Shown here: positions 38,663 to 52,248 of the stretch, in pieces
Layout: the number at the start of each line of letters is the position of its first letter
How positions within the stretch are numbered: the stretch's first letter is position 1
NCBI RefSeq assembly: GCF_001194135.2
Contig: NC_068981.1
Location: forward strand, 144,221,672 to 144,285,671
Direction of reading: 5' to 3'
Length of the DNA: 64,000 nt
Source: Octopus bimaculoides
Taxonomy: Eukaryota
Position numbers and translations under genes: made by a program
Notes under the pieces: generated by a model
Seen by the model: only the letters and a program-made list of their open reading frames with translations
Databases searched by the model: none
Told to the model about the DNA's origin: nothing

Positions 38663-39528
38663 CAGCGTGTCCCAAAAGTCACTGAGGGGTTTCAGTTTTT
38701 AACAACTTCCTTAACTTTACAAATAAATGCATGAAATTTTGATACAATGTAAAAGACATAATGGAAATTAATATACATTAGTCAAATTTTGCAACACCAC
38801 TACATCACATATGAAAAATGACATTACTTAAATGGCAGTCATTTTTGGCTTTGCACACCTGTGCTTTTTCCAAAACTTGCACCATAACACCCTCAAGAGT
38901 TTCAGACCCTACTTCTCTGATTTCTCTATTGATGTTCTTCAGTTGCACCAGGGTCTCTGGTTTGCTGATGCAAACCCTTTCTTTCAGGTATCCCCACAAG
39001 AAAAAATATGGGGTAGTCAAGTCTTGGGAATGTGAAGGCCAGTTGACATTGCCTTAGCAGGAGATTATTCTCTCTCGAAAGCACTGCCGTAGCAACTGCA
39101 TTGTTTCCTTTGTGGTACGAGCAGTTGCCCCATCTTGCTGGAACCATGTGTGAGGTCTACTTTGAATGGCTGGGTGCAAAAAGGTCTCAATCATGGATAC
39201 CTGAAAATGAGGGTTTACATCAACAAACCGGAGACCATGGTGCAACTGCAGGAGAACATCAATAGAGAAATCAAAGAAGTAGGGTCTGAAACTCTTGAGG
39301 GTGTTATGGTGCAACCTTTGGAAAGAGCACAGGTGTGCGAAGCTGAAAATGGCTCCCATTTAAGTGATGGCATTTTTCATATGTGATGCAGTGGTGTTGC
39401 AAAATTTAACTTATGCATATTAATTTCCATTATGTCCTTTATATTATATGAAAATTCTATATATTTATTTGTAAAGTTAAGGAAGTTATTAAAAATTGAA
39501 ACCCATCACTGACTTTTGGGACACCCTG
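38663..39528. mobile_element. Tc1/mariner foldback element made of two inverted transposase 3' ends
   Basis: TA-flanked CAGCGTGTCCCAAAAGTCA...TGACTTTTGGGACACCCTG. Both arms encode WGYLKxRVxxxKPETxVQL...HLSxxIFHM in opposite orientations. Confidence 0.88.
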
Positions 39529-40727
39529 TATATACACATAATGATTACTTCTTGTCAGATGATAGCCATCTCACATTCAGCCTGATTGTTCTGATTTACT
39601 TTCATCCTTGCATGTGCATGGATATGACTTTGCACACCATCCATCCATCACCATAGGCCTTTAAAAAGTACAAAACAGATAAAGAAATGAATTGTTAGTG
39701 AGATGTCTGTACATCACTGGATTTAAGTAACAAAAGCTTCTACAACATTCCCCCCACCCCGTTGCCATAGTTGGTTCCAATAAGAAGCATTGTCAAGATG
39801 ACTGGTACTATTTTGATTGCAAGTTTTATAGTAGAATGTCTTTTTCCTAGAAGAGCTGCCTTCCCCATGGCTTTATCAAAAATAATAGGAGCCTTGTCCA
39901 CTGCCTGGGAAATCTATTTCACCCAGAGATGAGACCCTGGCAAGAACTACTGTTCCAAGTCAGGACAGACCTAGGAGTAATGGTTCATGAGAGGAGACTC
40001 CATGCAACCTACAGCACTGAAGCCTCATCACCAGGTGCAGTTTAATGTAGTATCAAAGAAATATATATATTATGTGGTAATGCTTTATCAAGTAGAAAAG
40101 CTCTCAATCAGCTGAGAGAGTAAAGATAATCTTAAAATAAAAACCCACAAATCTTGTAATTACAGCTACCTAGGGTTTCTTGGCTACAATAATAATTTAT
40201 TCTGCCATTTATCAAGCTGTAAACAAGACCATACTAGCAAAAGTAATGTTTTACAAAACTAGATACCCTTCTTGTCACTAACCCTTGCTGTTCTTTAAGT
40301 AAAGGATCTCATATTTCACAAGTCTTTGAAAGTACAGTGCAAGAAGAAAATACACGTGGATCAGTTAATTACGATGTTATACAACATATTCCTTTCGCAG
40401 ATTGATGCACTTATTGCAGCAGTCCTTCAGTTTTTCTAAGCCCTATAAAAGAACTCAGAAGGTATCAACCAGGCATTTCATGATACCCTTAAAGCCAGGA
40501 ACTGTTCAGCGCATGTACATATAAAAAAGGTTCGACTGACACAAAACTCTTTATGATTTAGCAGGCCTTGCATGGAATTTTTGTGTTTTATCACAAATAT
40601 CACCCTGAAGAGACTCATATGTATAAATGTGAATTTTTATAAATTCACTAAAGGATTTAGCAAGGCCTGCTAAATCATAAACAAACCATCACTGGTTCCG
40701 AAGCATGGAATTTTTGTCTGTTTTATG

Positions 40728-40827
40728 AACAAATATTACCCTGAAGAGATTCATATGCATAAATGTGAATTTTTATAAATTCACTAGTGAATATGAGTCA
40801 AAACAAATTGTCGGATGTATATTTGTT
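40728..40827 (+). ncRNA. Type I hammerhead-like motif with a G12A substitution (probably an inactive Penelope-type terminal repeat)
   Basis: AACAAATATTACC-CTGAAGA-GATTCATAT...ATATGAGTC-AAAA-CA-AAT-TGTC-GGATGTATATTTGTT; a truncated upstream copy lies at about 40563-40650. Confidence 0.6.
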
Positions 40828-41132
40828 TTAATTATTTGTCATATTATGTTATATTATATTATATCTTTTTATAGTATAGTTATATAATATTATAATGTAA
40901 TTAGATTTTTAATATATAAATTGTATTTCTCTATTTCCTTTTATATATATATATATATATATATATNNNNNNNNNNNNNNNNNNNNNNNNNNNNNNNNNN
41001 NNNNNNNNNNNNNNNNNNNNNNNNNNNNNNNNNNNNNNNNNNNNNNNNNNNNNNNNNNNNNNNNNNNNNNNNNNNNNNNNNNNNNNNNNNNNNNNNNNNN
41101 NNNNNNNNNNNNNNNNNNNNNNNNNNNNNNNN

Positions 41133-41170
<38 letters not shown>

Positions 41171-41429
41171 CATACTTACTTACATACATACATGCACACA
41201 CACACAAACACACACATACATACATACATTCATACATACATACATATATACATACATATATACATGCATGCATGCATGCGTGCAGTTGTTCATTCATTCA
41301 TCCATTCACAGATTGATGCTAAGCTCAGCAGATTTGAAGGAGATACAAATATATATTTCTAAAGTGAGTTGTTATTTTAGATGATAATTACTGAGGATGT
41401 TGTTTTTGTTTTTCTAATTTCGTTTGTAG

Positions 41430-41505
41430 ACATAAGCAATCCAAACTTCAAGACACCATCTGATGATGACATGGTACCTCCACTTGACTTGTGCATTCGG
41501 ACAAA
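41430..41505 (+). CDS. MINDY4: MINDY4 exon (DISNPNFKTPSDDDMVPPLDLCIRTK)
   Basis: ttgtag|AC acceptor and AA|gtaagt donor; 76 nt, phase 1 to 2. Matches the recalled DLVPPLELCIRTK. Confidence 0.93.
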
Positions 41506-41845
41506 GTAAGTTCATAAAATAGTCAGCATTTTATTTTATTGCCATCATTTTCTGTTTGATGGATGGGCTGTAGCCATAACCTTTGCAGGTCATTATAAAC
41601 TGGTGAAGTTAAGGCAATCAGAGGAAGAAACATTATACATGTATATATGGTGTGCGTTGGATTTGTGTGTATGTGCATGCATACTCATGTCTGATTATGT
41701 GTGGATCACTCTAAGAATTTTACTTCCCACCAAGATAATTCTGATTTCATTCCCACCACATGGAGCCTTGGGCAAGTGTTTGCTACTACAACCTCAGGCT
41801 AACAAAAGTCCATGTGAGTGGATTTGGTAGACAGAAACTGAAAGA

Positions 41846-42050
41846 AGGAGGTGAGCTGGCAGAAACGTTAACACGCCGGGTGAAATGCTTAGCGGTATTT
41901 TGTTTGCCACTACGTTCTGAGTTCAAATTCCGCCGAGGTCAACTTTGCCTTTCATCCTTTCGGGGTCGATAAATTAAGTACCAGTTACGCACTAGGGTCG
42001 ATATAACCGACTTAATCCATTGTCTGTCCTTGTTTGTCCCCTCTGTGTGT
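41846..42050 (+). mobile_element. SINE family B, young CpG-retaining copy
   Basis: GGTGAGCTGGCAGAAACGTTAACACGCCGGGTGAAATGCTTAGCGG...GTTCAAATTCCGCCGAGG. Confidence 0.85.
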
Positions 42051-42849
42051 AGCCCCTTGTTATACCCAGTTTTTCTCTCACCACATTTGTACTATGTCAT
42101 TCATGCACACTTACATTATGTATCCAACAGAGCATAGTTGCTTCATTTCTTTCTGGTCTTCTGCTTTATTTCCAAGTAGCTTCACAGTTCTAACACAAGC
42201 TTTGTGCCTTCTTTCCATGTGTTACAAGCCTGTGTCTTAGCCTTTATCACCCTATCAACCATATCATTTCTCCTCCACATTACTTTCAAATTGATGTCTG
42301 ATCTGTAACCCCAAGCAGGTTATTTCATAGATATTTCCTGTTGTCATCTATGCTACTGGTGTCTAAATCTTTCTCCCTATAGTCATATACATTGGTGTGG
42401 AGGTGCATGACTTAGTTGTTAGGGTGTTGGCCTCATGAACATAAGATTGTGGTTTTGATTCCTGGATTGAGCAATGCATTCTGTTCTTGAGCAGAGCACT
42501 TCATTTTACATTGCTCTAGTCCACCCAGCTGACAAAAATGTGGTGGAGAGAGATAATTTGGTGGCTCAGTGATCAATGTAAAATGTGGACGGAGATGACA
42601 GTATATGGATGAAGGCTTGATATCAAGTTAAATGGTTCTAGGCAGTGAGAAAGATTAGCGGTAGCAAAGAAAAGCTGTATTTAGGGAGATGAGTGGTAGT
42701 GGGGATATGTAATCCTGTGACAGACCAGTGTTCTGTCCAAGTGGGGAATCTATACACCAGGAAAATTGGAAACCAGCCCTTGTGAGTCAGCATGACTCGA
42801 GACGGTACCTTTATGTTATCAACTATGTACATTGGTTAGAATTTCTCTT

Positions 42850-43340
42850 AATCTATTCCCAAATATGAGATCTTTTAGTTAGCATATCTCCTTCTTGGTG
42901 CCATCTTTCATTTCTATGTCTGACTGCCTCTGAAGTTGTTAGCCACATCTATGCTGCATAGAGCATTCTTTGCTTGGAAAGATTTTGGTATTCACCATAG
43001 TTCTTCTTTCTTGTTTCCTGGTGACAATGCCATCTAAATGATTTGTATGTTCACCAGAATGGTAGATGGTGATGTGGTTGGCTGGGTTCCTAAACTGTGA
43101 GATGCAAATGGTTAGATTAATTGCATCACAGGACTCCAGGAGCTTTATGTTCTCCACATTTCATATCTATTACCCTCATGTCATGGAAGTCATTGACACA
43201 TTAGGCAACATGTTTGTTGAAGTTGTCAGTCAAGATAATGAAATCACTGTCAAATGTCATTGAAGTAGTCTGCAGAAGGATCTCATAGAAGCAATCCTTT
43301 TGTTATCCTTTCAGGCCTGGCAGAAATAACCACTGGTGTT
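42850..43340 (-). mobile_element. LINE apurinic-endonuclease fragment
   Basis: Minus strand reads QKDCFYEILLQ...FIILTDNFNKHV, resembling the EKDxFY...IIxGDFNxHV APE motifs. Confidence 0.6.
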
Positions 43341-43461
43341 GAGTTTCCAATAACAAGTCTCATCTTAGTTATCCTATTGCACAAACTGAATTTTTCAGTT
43401 ATTTAAATCATCCACAAGAATTTATATTGCTGTCTCTTTCTTGCGAAGAGTTTGGCTGAAG

Positions 43462-43521
<60 letters not shown>

Positions 43522-44449
43522 CACACACACGCACACACACATGTAGATGAAATCATGGCTTTGAGGTTAAGAAGATCATTTCTCAACCACACAATTTCAG
43601 GTTCTATTCCACTTACTTCACACCTCTTCTTAGGTAAATGTTTTTCTATTATTGCTGGGTTAACTAGCGCATTATCAGTGAAATATATTGGACAGAAACT
43701 GAGTGTAAACTTATAAATGTATGTGAATCTTTGCATATGGTACATATGTCTGTGGGGTGGGCATCAATATCTGTGTTTATCATCACACCTCTTAAAAACT
43801 GATGTTCAGTTGAATTTTATATCCTATATCTTACAAGTTTGAGAAAAAGATTGATAACATAATACCAGATTGTAATGACTGTTTGGTTCAGTATGATTGA
43901 TTAAACACTTAAAAGATTATGTCCCAGCTTAGCTACTGTCCAGTGGATGAAAGTAGTAAAACCATGTAAGGTGGTGAGCTGGCAGAATTGTTAGTACATT
44001 GGACAGATGCATGGGTGCCTTTCTTCCGGCTCTTTCTATTCTGAACTCAAATCCTGCCGAAGTAAAATTTTTCTTTCATCTCTTTATATTTAATAAAATA
44101 AAGTACCAGTTGAATTTTGGGGTTGATGTAATTGGCTTGCCCACGCCTTTCAAAATTGCTGGCCTGGATGCCTGCAATGGACCAACTGTTCATTGGAGGA
44201 AGTTGTGATTTTGACTACATATATTCCTTACAAAATGGGTAATCAGCTTTATGAGTCCTATGGCATGAAAAGAAAAAAGAAACTATCTATCTATGTGTCT
44301 GTCTGTTCGTCAGTCTATCTGTCTGTCTGTATATTGGCCTGCTCACCTAGCCAGCAGGGTGTTATCATTCAAATGCTAAAATGATGCTAAGTACATTGTG
44401 ACCAGTGAGGTGTAACAACCTTCGATAGCCTGGTCAATCACCTGATCAT

Positions 44450-44488
<39 letters not shown>

Positions 44489-45332
44489 TCATATGTGTGT
44501 ATGTCTGTTTGTCTGAGTGTGTATATATATATATATATACATACATACACACACACACATATATATATATACATGTTTCTGCCTTTACATTTGTATATAT
44601 ATTTTATGTTCTTGTATGCATAGTGAATTTCAGTTATTTCATTTTTAATGTTTTGTTATCTGATGTGTAAAATCAATTCATATGCATGTATTTATTCCTA
44701 TATTTCTATATTTATATATAACACACACTATATATATGTGTATATGTGTGAGTGTCCGTATATACATATATATACATACACACACATTCATATTAATATC
44801 ATTAAATGATGAGAATATCTATATATGAATGCATGCGAATATATATATATATGTATATGTATACACACACATATGTNNNNNNNNNNATATATATATATAT
44901 ATATAGTCTATATATATAGTCTATATATACATAGCGTGTGTGTTAGAGATCAATAGCCTTATGTGTTAGGACAATGCAGTTGTCCAAGAACAGCAGCATT
45001 CCAGACTGAATGTATTTATTGTATCTAGTGCAATAAACCATTAAGATAGATGATATTTATTCTATGTGTCTGGAGAGGAAAGAAATTAATTTTGTAAATG
45101 GTGACTTTCCTATAGAAGACATTACAGAGAAGTAAAATGTTGCATGATGGGAAATTCAGCCTTATCCTTAGGTTAGCGAACTTAATGTGATTAATTAAAA
45201 AAAAATGCAAAAAATAATAACAAAAGAAAAATAGGAAATGGTACTATAATAAGACAAAATTAGGCTAACTTAACCAATGAGATACAAAGATCATTTCTTG
45301 GAGTCTTATCTACAACCAATTTCTATTTTCAG

Positions 45333-45381
45333 GTGGCATAATGCCCGAATAGACTGGAACTCTACAGAACCTTTGCTCTGA
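45333..45381 (+). CDS. MINDY4: MINDY4 last coding exon (WHNARIDWNSTEPLL-stop)
   Basis: ttttcag|G acceptor, phase 2, TGA at 45379-81. Matches the recalled MINDY4 C-terminus WKGASVNWNGSDPIL. Confidence 0.92.
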
Positions 45382-48300
45382 ACTGTCTTTCCTGAAAAAG
45401 CAAATCATTTTTATCGTAACAAACAGTTTGCTGTGAATTCAAGCCTATATATACATACATACATATATATATNNNNNNNNNNNNNNNNNNNNNNNNNNNN
45501 NNNNNNNNNNNNNNNNNNNNNNNNNNNNNNNNNNNNNNNNNNNNNNNNNNNNNNNNNNNNNNNNNNNNNNNNNNNNNNNNNNNNNNNNNNNNNNNNNNNN
45601 NNNNNNNNNNNNNNNNNNNNNNNNNNNNNNNNNNNNNNNNNNNNNNNNNNNNNNNNNNNNNNNNNNNNNNNNNNNNNNNNNNNNNNNNNNNNNNNNNNNN
45701 NNNNNNNNNNNNNNNNNNNNNNNNNNNNNNNNNNNNNNNNNNNNNNNNNNNNNNNNNNNNNNNNNNNNNNNNNNNNNNNNNNNNNNNNNNNNNNNNNNNN
45801 NNNNNNNNNNNNNNNNNNNNNNNNNNNNNNNNNNNNNNNNNNNNNNNNNNNNNNNNNNNNNNNNNNNNNNNNNNNNNNNNNNNNNNNNNNNNNNNNNNNN
45901 NNNNNNNNNNNNNNNNNNNNNTAAGTATATATGAACACACACTAATATATATATATATATGCATATATATACATACATACATATATGTGTTTCTATTATT
46001 ATTATTATTTTTATTATTATCTCATCATCACTGACACAGACATGCACACTAACTCACACACTGTCTATGCATAGATAAACACATGATCAATTCATTAACC
46101 AACTTTATATATATATACACACTGCAGTTAACCTAAACAAATAATTCCTTTTTCTATTTTAGAAGGGTCATGATTTTGTTCTCTTTCGAAATCTCTCATA
46201 GAATCCAATTAGACTGCTACAAAAGTTATTTACTCTGGACTGATTCTATGTAACTTTCTGGATTTTTCTTGTTTCTCTTCTTAAACTTTTAATTATTCAT
46301 TGCTGTTGCAGAAAATCTTGTTTACCACCTGCCTCTTATATGGGTCTCTGAGTTATTGCTTTTCAAGTCTCTGAGCTCTTTGTCATAAGAATCTGAGATG
46401 TTATTCATAAGATTGTGTTAGTCATGACGTATTGATTAATCAGTCATTTCTATAATTGATATGGTCTTGAATAATAGTAATATGTTTGAAGCTGGCTTTC
46501 TCTTTCATAATACCATTGATGTGTTTTTCTTTGATCAGTCATTTATTCACAGATAGGAATTATATCCTGTCATTACAGATACTTTTATTCGACTGTTTTC
46601 TAAGTATTGTCATGCAAGGAACTCATAAATAACCCAAGGTATTGACACATTGATTTTCTCTTTGTGCAAAGGATTGGAAGGTGTGACATCTCCTTTAAAC
46701 CTTTAGCATTTAAACTGGTCGTATCTGGCTCAACTATACTACTTGCTTTATGTTTAAACCAGCCAGATCCAGCTTCTTATACCTAACCTACAATGTTATT
46801 CTAAAAATAAACAATCATGTCATCAAAATCTCAAAACTGTGAGATAATGCATGATTAATTTAAAACAATATGGATAAATAAGCATTGCACTTGACAAAAT
46901 AATCTGAATACTATTGGGTTAAGCCAGCTTTTCAGAGGCTTGTTTATTTATGAAGCTATTTTTATAAGACAATCCTTGTGAGGCATATGTGCTAATTTTG
47001 GCACCAATAATGAGTTGGTAAAGGAGTTCTTGAGACAGTCAAGCATCTATATAGGATTCACAATAAATGTAATGTGCTGATCCATTGTTTGATTAGTTTC
47101 TCAGTCAAATTTTCCATCATTTTATGATCTTTTAGTTGAGGTTATCTCAATAGAGAGAGAGAAAGACAGAGTGTGTGTGTGTGTGTATGTGTGATTTGGT
47201 TGTTATTTCTAGCTGGATGTGTGATTAGATAGACATTCGATAATTAATTCATAAGTATGTATTTAGATAATGGAGGAGCACTGAGATAAGATGGTGAGTG
47301 CAGTTATAGTTTGAATGCCAGTTTTGTTAGCTGCAACTTATGAATCCAGTCTAGTAACAGTTACAAAACCAACAAACAATAAGGTGCTTAGTGATAAACA
47401 AAGATCAAACTGATGAAAACATAATGCAAATATCCATCCATCCATCCATCTATTTTCTCCACCCAACGATTCTTGGGAAGGTTGTGTTGGTAGAGTCCTC
47501 AGGCACCTCCTTCATAGGATTTTATCAGAAGCAACCATCTATCTGGATTACCAAGCATGACCAACTGAGACTATGCAAATAGAATGTACAGACTGGTGCA
47601 GCCCTTTGGCTTACTAGCCTCTGTCAGACCATCCAACCTATCACAACATGAATAACAGATGTTAAATAATGATGATGGTGTAAATGTAGACTCTAAATAG
47701 CTCAGAAAATTTTAATTTTATTAGCTATAAACTCTTCTCAGACATTTCGATATGTAATCATGCTGCAACTAATTTGTGTATTATTCTGATGCAATTTGAC
47801 TGAGTCCACTTTACCAGTATTTACTGATCGTACNNNNNNNNNNNNNNNNNNNNNNNNNNNNNNNNNNNNNNNNNNNNNNNNNNNNNNNNNNNNNNNNNNN
47901 NNNNNNNNNNNNNNNNNNNNNNNNNNNNNNNNNNNNNNNNNNNNNNNNNNNNNNNNNNNNNNNNNNNNNNNNNNNNNNNNNNNNNNNNNNNNNNNNNNNN
48001 NNNNNNNNNNNNNNNNNNNNNNNNNNNNNNNNNNNNNNNNNNNNNNNNNNNNNNNNNNNNNNNNNNNNNNNNNNNNNNNNNNNNNNNNNNNNNNNNNNNN
48101 NNNNNNNNNNNNNNNNNNNNNNNNNNNNNNNNNNNNNNNNNNNNNNNNNNNNNNNNNNNNNNNNNNNNNNNNNNNNNNNNNNNNNNNNNNNNNNNNNNNN
48201 NNNNNNNNNNNNNNNNNNNNNNNNNNNNNNNNNNNNNNNNNNNNNNNNNNNNNNNNNNNNNNNNNNNNNNGCTGGTGTGTTTACGTCCCCATAACTTAGC

Positions 48301-49150
48301 GGTTCACCAAAAAGAGACCGATAGAATAATTACTAGGTTTCTAAAGAATAAGTCCGGGGGTCGATTTGCTCGACTAAAGGTGGTGCTCCAGCATGGCCGC
48401 AGTCAAATGACTAAAACAAGTAAAAGAGTAAACGAGTAGAGTTCTCTGAACATAGGGAAATGGCACAGCTGAAATTCTTTGAACATAAATTTGTTTGATT
48501 TAGATTGATCTCTAATTAAACGACGATGACAGTCATCTGTCTATGCATCATACTTGTTGTTTTTTTAGCCCTGATCTTCTCAGAGAATGCAGATCTATGG
48601 TTAGAGGTCTTCCTGTCATGGCCATTTAGTCCATTTAAGTGTATCCGGACTACATTAACCAAAGTGTCTTTCCTATTTTTAAGAAATTAGTGATTGATTT
48701 AAGAGACATTTTGTTTTAACAGATCGAGAGTGATCATGTTGTTGTTCCCTCATTCATTCACCATGTCATTGTAAAGCCACTTGTCAGAGTGGCCTGATGC
48801 TAAATGACAACATCAGTAGTAACTATAACAACAGTAATTACTCAAAGCTGTGCCAGTCTTTATTGTTAATCAACAGTCTTGAAAAATTGTGACATCATGT
48901 AAAATAGTAGTATTTTATTCTTTCTGTTGGTGACTCAGAATGAACGAGAGTAATACATTAATATCATCATCATCATCATCATCATCATTATAATCACCAT
49001 TTTCATCACTGTTACAGTCATCATAACCATCAACATCATCATTGTATTCATCATCATCTTCACAACACAAAAACAATATGTTTATGTTTATGGCTTTGAT
49101 AATTGTAAAGCACTTTGATATATTTACTCTCTCTCTCTTTCTCTCTCCTC

Positions 49151-49192
<42 letters not shown>

Positions 49193-49686
49193 CTTGCTGT
49201 TAACTTTGCCTCTTCAATTCAAATCCAATTACAGTTGATATTACATGCATTGTACCTTCCTGAGATCCATGAGATGATGGAGCCTTGTTCACCATCAGTT
49301 TCAATAATGGGCATTCAAATGTTTGATCTATTGGACAATTTACTTGTTAAATTAAAATGCAAGTGGCTGAGTATTCCACAGGCATGTGTAGTTTTTCCAT
49401 ACCTAACAGGTAGTCAAAATGACACACCATGTGTACAATCCATCTGTCAAACTTCCACTACTTAGTTTCATTAAAAAAAACATGTGATGGAACCAAGGCT
49501 ATGGTAAATGACATTTGCCAAAGATGCTGAAGGATTATCATTGATACAGGTATAGTTTTGTGGTTAAGAAGCTTGGTTTGCAAACACAAGGTTTCAGGTT
49601 CAGTCTCACTGTACAGCACCTTGAGCAAATGTCTCCTACTGTACTCCTAGACCAATTTGGTAAATGGAAACTGTGTTGAAGCCTGT

Positions 49687-49725
<39 letters not shown>

Positions 49726-51084
49726 ATGTATGCATATGTATGTATGTATGTATGTGTGTTTGAGTGTATTTTTGTTTTTGTGTCTCTCAACACTTGACAA
49801 TTGGTATTGTTTTGTTTATGTCCCTGTGACTTAATTGTTTGTGCAAAAGAAACTGATAGAATATGTAGTGGACTTAAAAAAAGTAAGCACTGGTGTCGAT
49901 TTGTTTGGCTAAACTCTTCAGTGCAATGCTCCAGCATGGACACAGTGCAAAGACTGAAGCATGTAAAGAATTAAAGAATGCCGAGCAGTGGGATGAAAAT
50001 CACAGGACATCATGATTACAAGTGAATGTCTTATCCATTTGGCCATGTCTACACCCACTCTGTGAAATAAGGACTGGTCAAGTAATTGGTTGATTCAACA
50101 AATAAAAACCCTTTCCCCATATTGTGCCATAGTCCATCATTATCACCATCACCACTATCATAATCACATACCTGAGCCTATTCTTGTTTTGCTCAGCTGT
50201 GGTTGTTGTTGATCATAATCATGAGAAATGATGATTGATGATGGTAAAAAATAAGACTAAAAATAAGTAAAATAAATAAATTTTATTCGTAAAAAATTAA
50301 AATTGTTTGCTGTCAGAGATATGCCTAATTTGTAGCGTTAAGCTGCTGCTGTTACTACCACTACAACTATAGTTACTACAAATAATTTATAATTTGATAT
50401 TTATGCAACATACATGAAAACATCTGAGGTGAACAAAACAAAACAAAACAAACATTTAAATACAAACAAAATAAAATAAAACATTCAATCTTAAAACAGA
50501 AAATAATGTTGACCAGACCCAGGAATAAATCAGTCTGTGAAATCAATGATGAAATTTTGTATTATGAGTTAATTAGAACTATTATATAGTAAGACCTCAA
50601 GATGTTTTGTTCACAAGTGGTACTCTTATCAAAAGGTTAACCTCCACACAAAAAAGGCTTGTCTCTTAGCATCCAAAATATAAACATTATAAAAAAAGAA
50701 GCAATAGAAACAACATTGAAATGTTGCAAGCATACTGTATAGCAGCATTATCTAAAACATACTCATATCATTAAATGATCATATGAGATAGGAAGAAAAA
50801 AAAAAACCCAAAAGGAAAAAATATTACAGTAATTACACTAGTAAACGTACAGAGATTTGTAATAAATAAAATTAAGATCCTGAAGATGGATTTAACTGCA
50901 CCTTTTACTACATTACACGTTGAACATAGAACATCTGAGTTCTCATAAAAAACATACTTGCTACAAAAGGAAAAAAGTGGTCACTAAGGAACCCGTCACA
51001 TACAAGATATACGAGACCCTACATAAGAAAGATAACCCAACAGGCACAACCGCATAATCAAGAACTCAAGCCAAATTTGAAAAT

Positions 51085-51470
51085 GCTACAAAGCCTATAA
51101 ATGTGGTAAGAAGTTTGCGAACCACTCTGTGACACCTTGGGCAAGCGTCTTTTACTATAGCCTTAGGGAGCCCAAAGCATTGTGAGTGGATTTCGTAGAT
51201 GGAAACTGAAAGAAGCCCATTGTCTATATATATGTATGTATGTATATCCATGTGTGTGTGTCTGTATTTGTGTTTGTCCCTTAACACTGCTTGACAATTG
51301 GTGTTGGTTTGTTTATGTTCCCCTAACCTAGCGGTTTGGCAAAAAGGGCCGGTAGAATAAGAACCAGGCTTAAGAATTTGTTCGACTAAATCCTTCAAGG
51401 TTGTGCCCCAGCATGACCGCGGTCCAATGACTGAAAGCAGTAAAAAGTAAAGGATAAAAGATAACCGACC
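51085..51470 (+). mobile_element. SINE family A, decayed copy
   Basis: CACCTTGGGCAAG...GAAACTGAAAGAAGCCC...CCAGCATGACCGCGGTCCAATGACTG. Confidence 0.8.
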
Positions 51471-52248
51471 ACACATGAAACAAAAAGAAAAAAAAAGTGA
51501 AGTCAAACTCCCAAAGATTATGAAACCCATAAAAGCATTCAACCGAATACAAAACCACAATAAACAAATACCGACAACAAACCAAACACAAACACACACA
51601 CACACATATATATAACATGACATATTGAAGAGAAATCAATAAAGAAAATATAAGAATAAAAGAACGTCATTCGATCAATGAACAAGAATCAACTTTGGAA
51701 AGACTTTTTCCTCAAGCTACAAATGAATGAACGTTTCTATGAAATAATGGATAAATAAGGTCGCGCAAGAAACTTTGTTTATAACAAATTGAATTATCTA
51801 ATTTATTCAATAGCAATAGTAATATGGAGGGAAACTGGACTTGATTCTAATAGGGACAGATTTTCAACCAAACTGTAGAAAGAAAAATGGAACAGAAATT
51901 GAGACAGAAGAAAAGATGTATTCTTACTTAGCAAACGAGAAATGGCAAGATCCGACACGAAGAAGAAAACAAATAGATCTAAATGCTATAAAAGTACATT
52001 ATCATTGAAAAAGAAGATATTGAAAGTTGAAGAAATATGTAGAGAAAGTATAGCAAGAAAAAAACATGCACATAATAAAACGCTCTGGAGAAAAAAAAAA
52101 AAAAACGAAGAGTGTCTTCCAGTTCAATAAAGTATTTCAATCAAATACCGAAATTTTTACCGAGACACTAACAACAACAAAAAAAAAAAAAAAGAAAATG
52201 AAAAAGACTGTAGTAAATAGCAATGATTAAAATAAAGGTGTGTATGTA

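Noticed and set aside
46170-46650. Possible Penelope-like remnant on the minus strand with a degenerate CT-ATGA...GAAA
   Set aside because: It is too decayed to translate or fold reliably.
51620-52150. A-rich, coding-like stretch (62-aa ORF at 51942)
   Set aside because: Many stops and no recognisable domain; probably a decayed LINE remnant.
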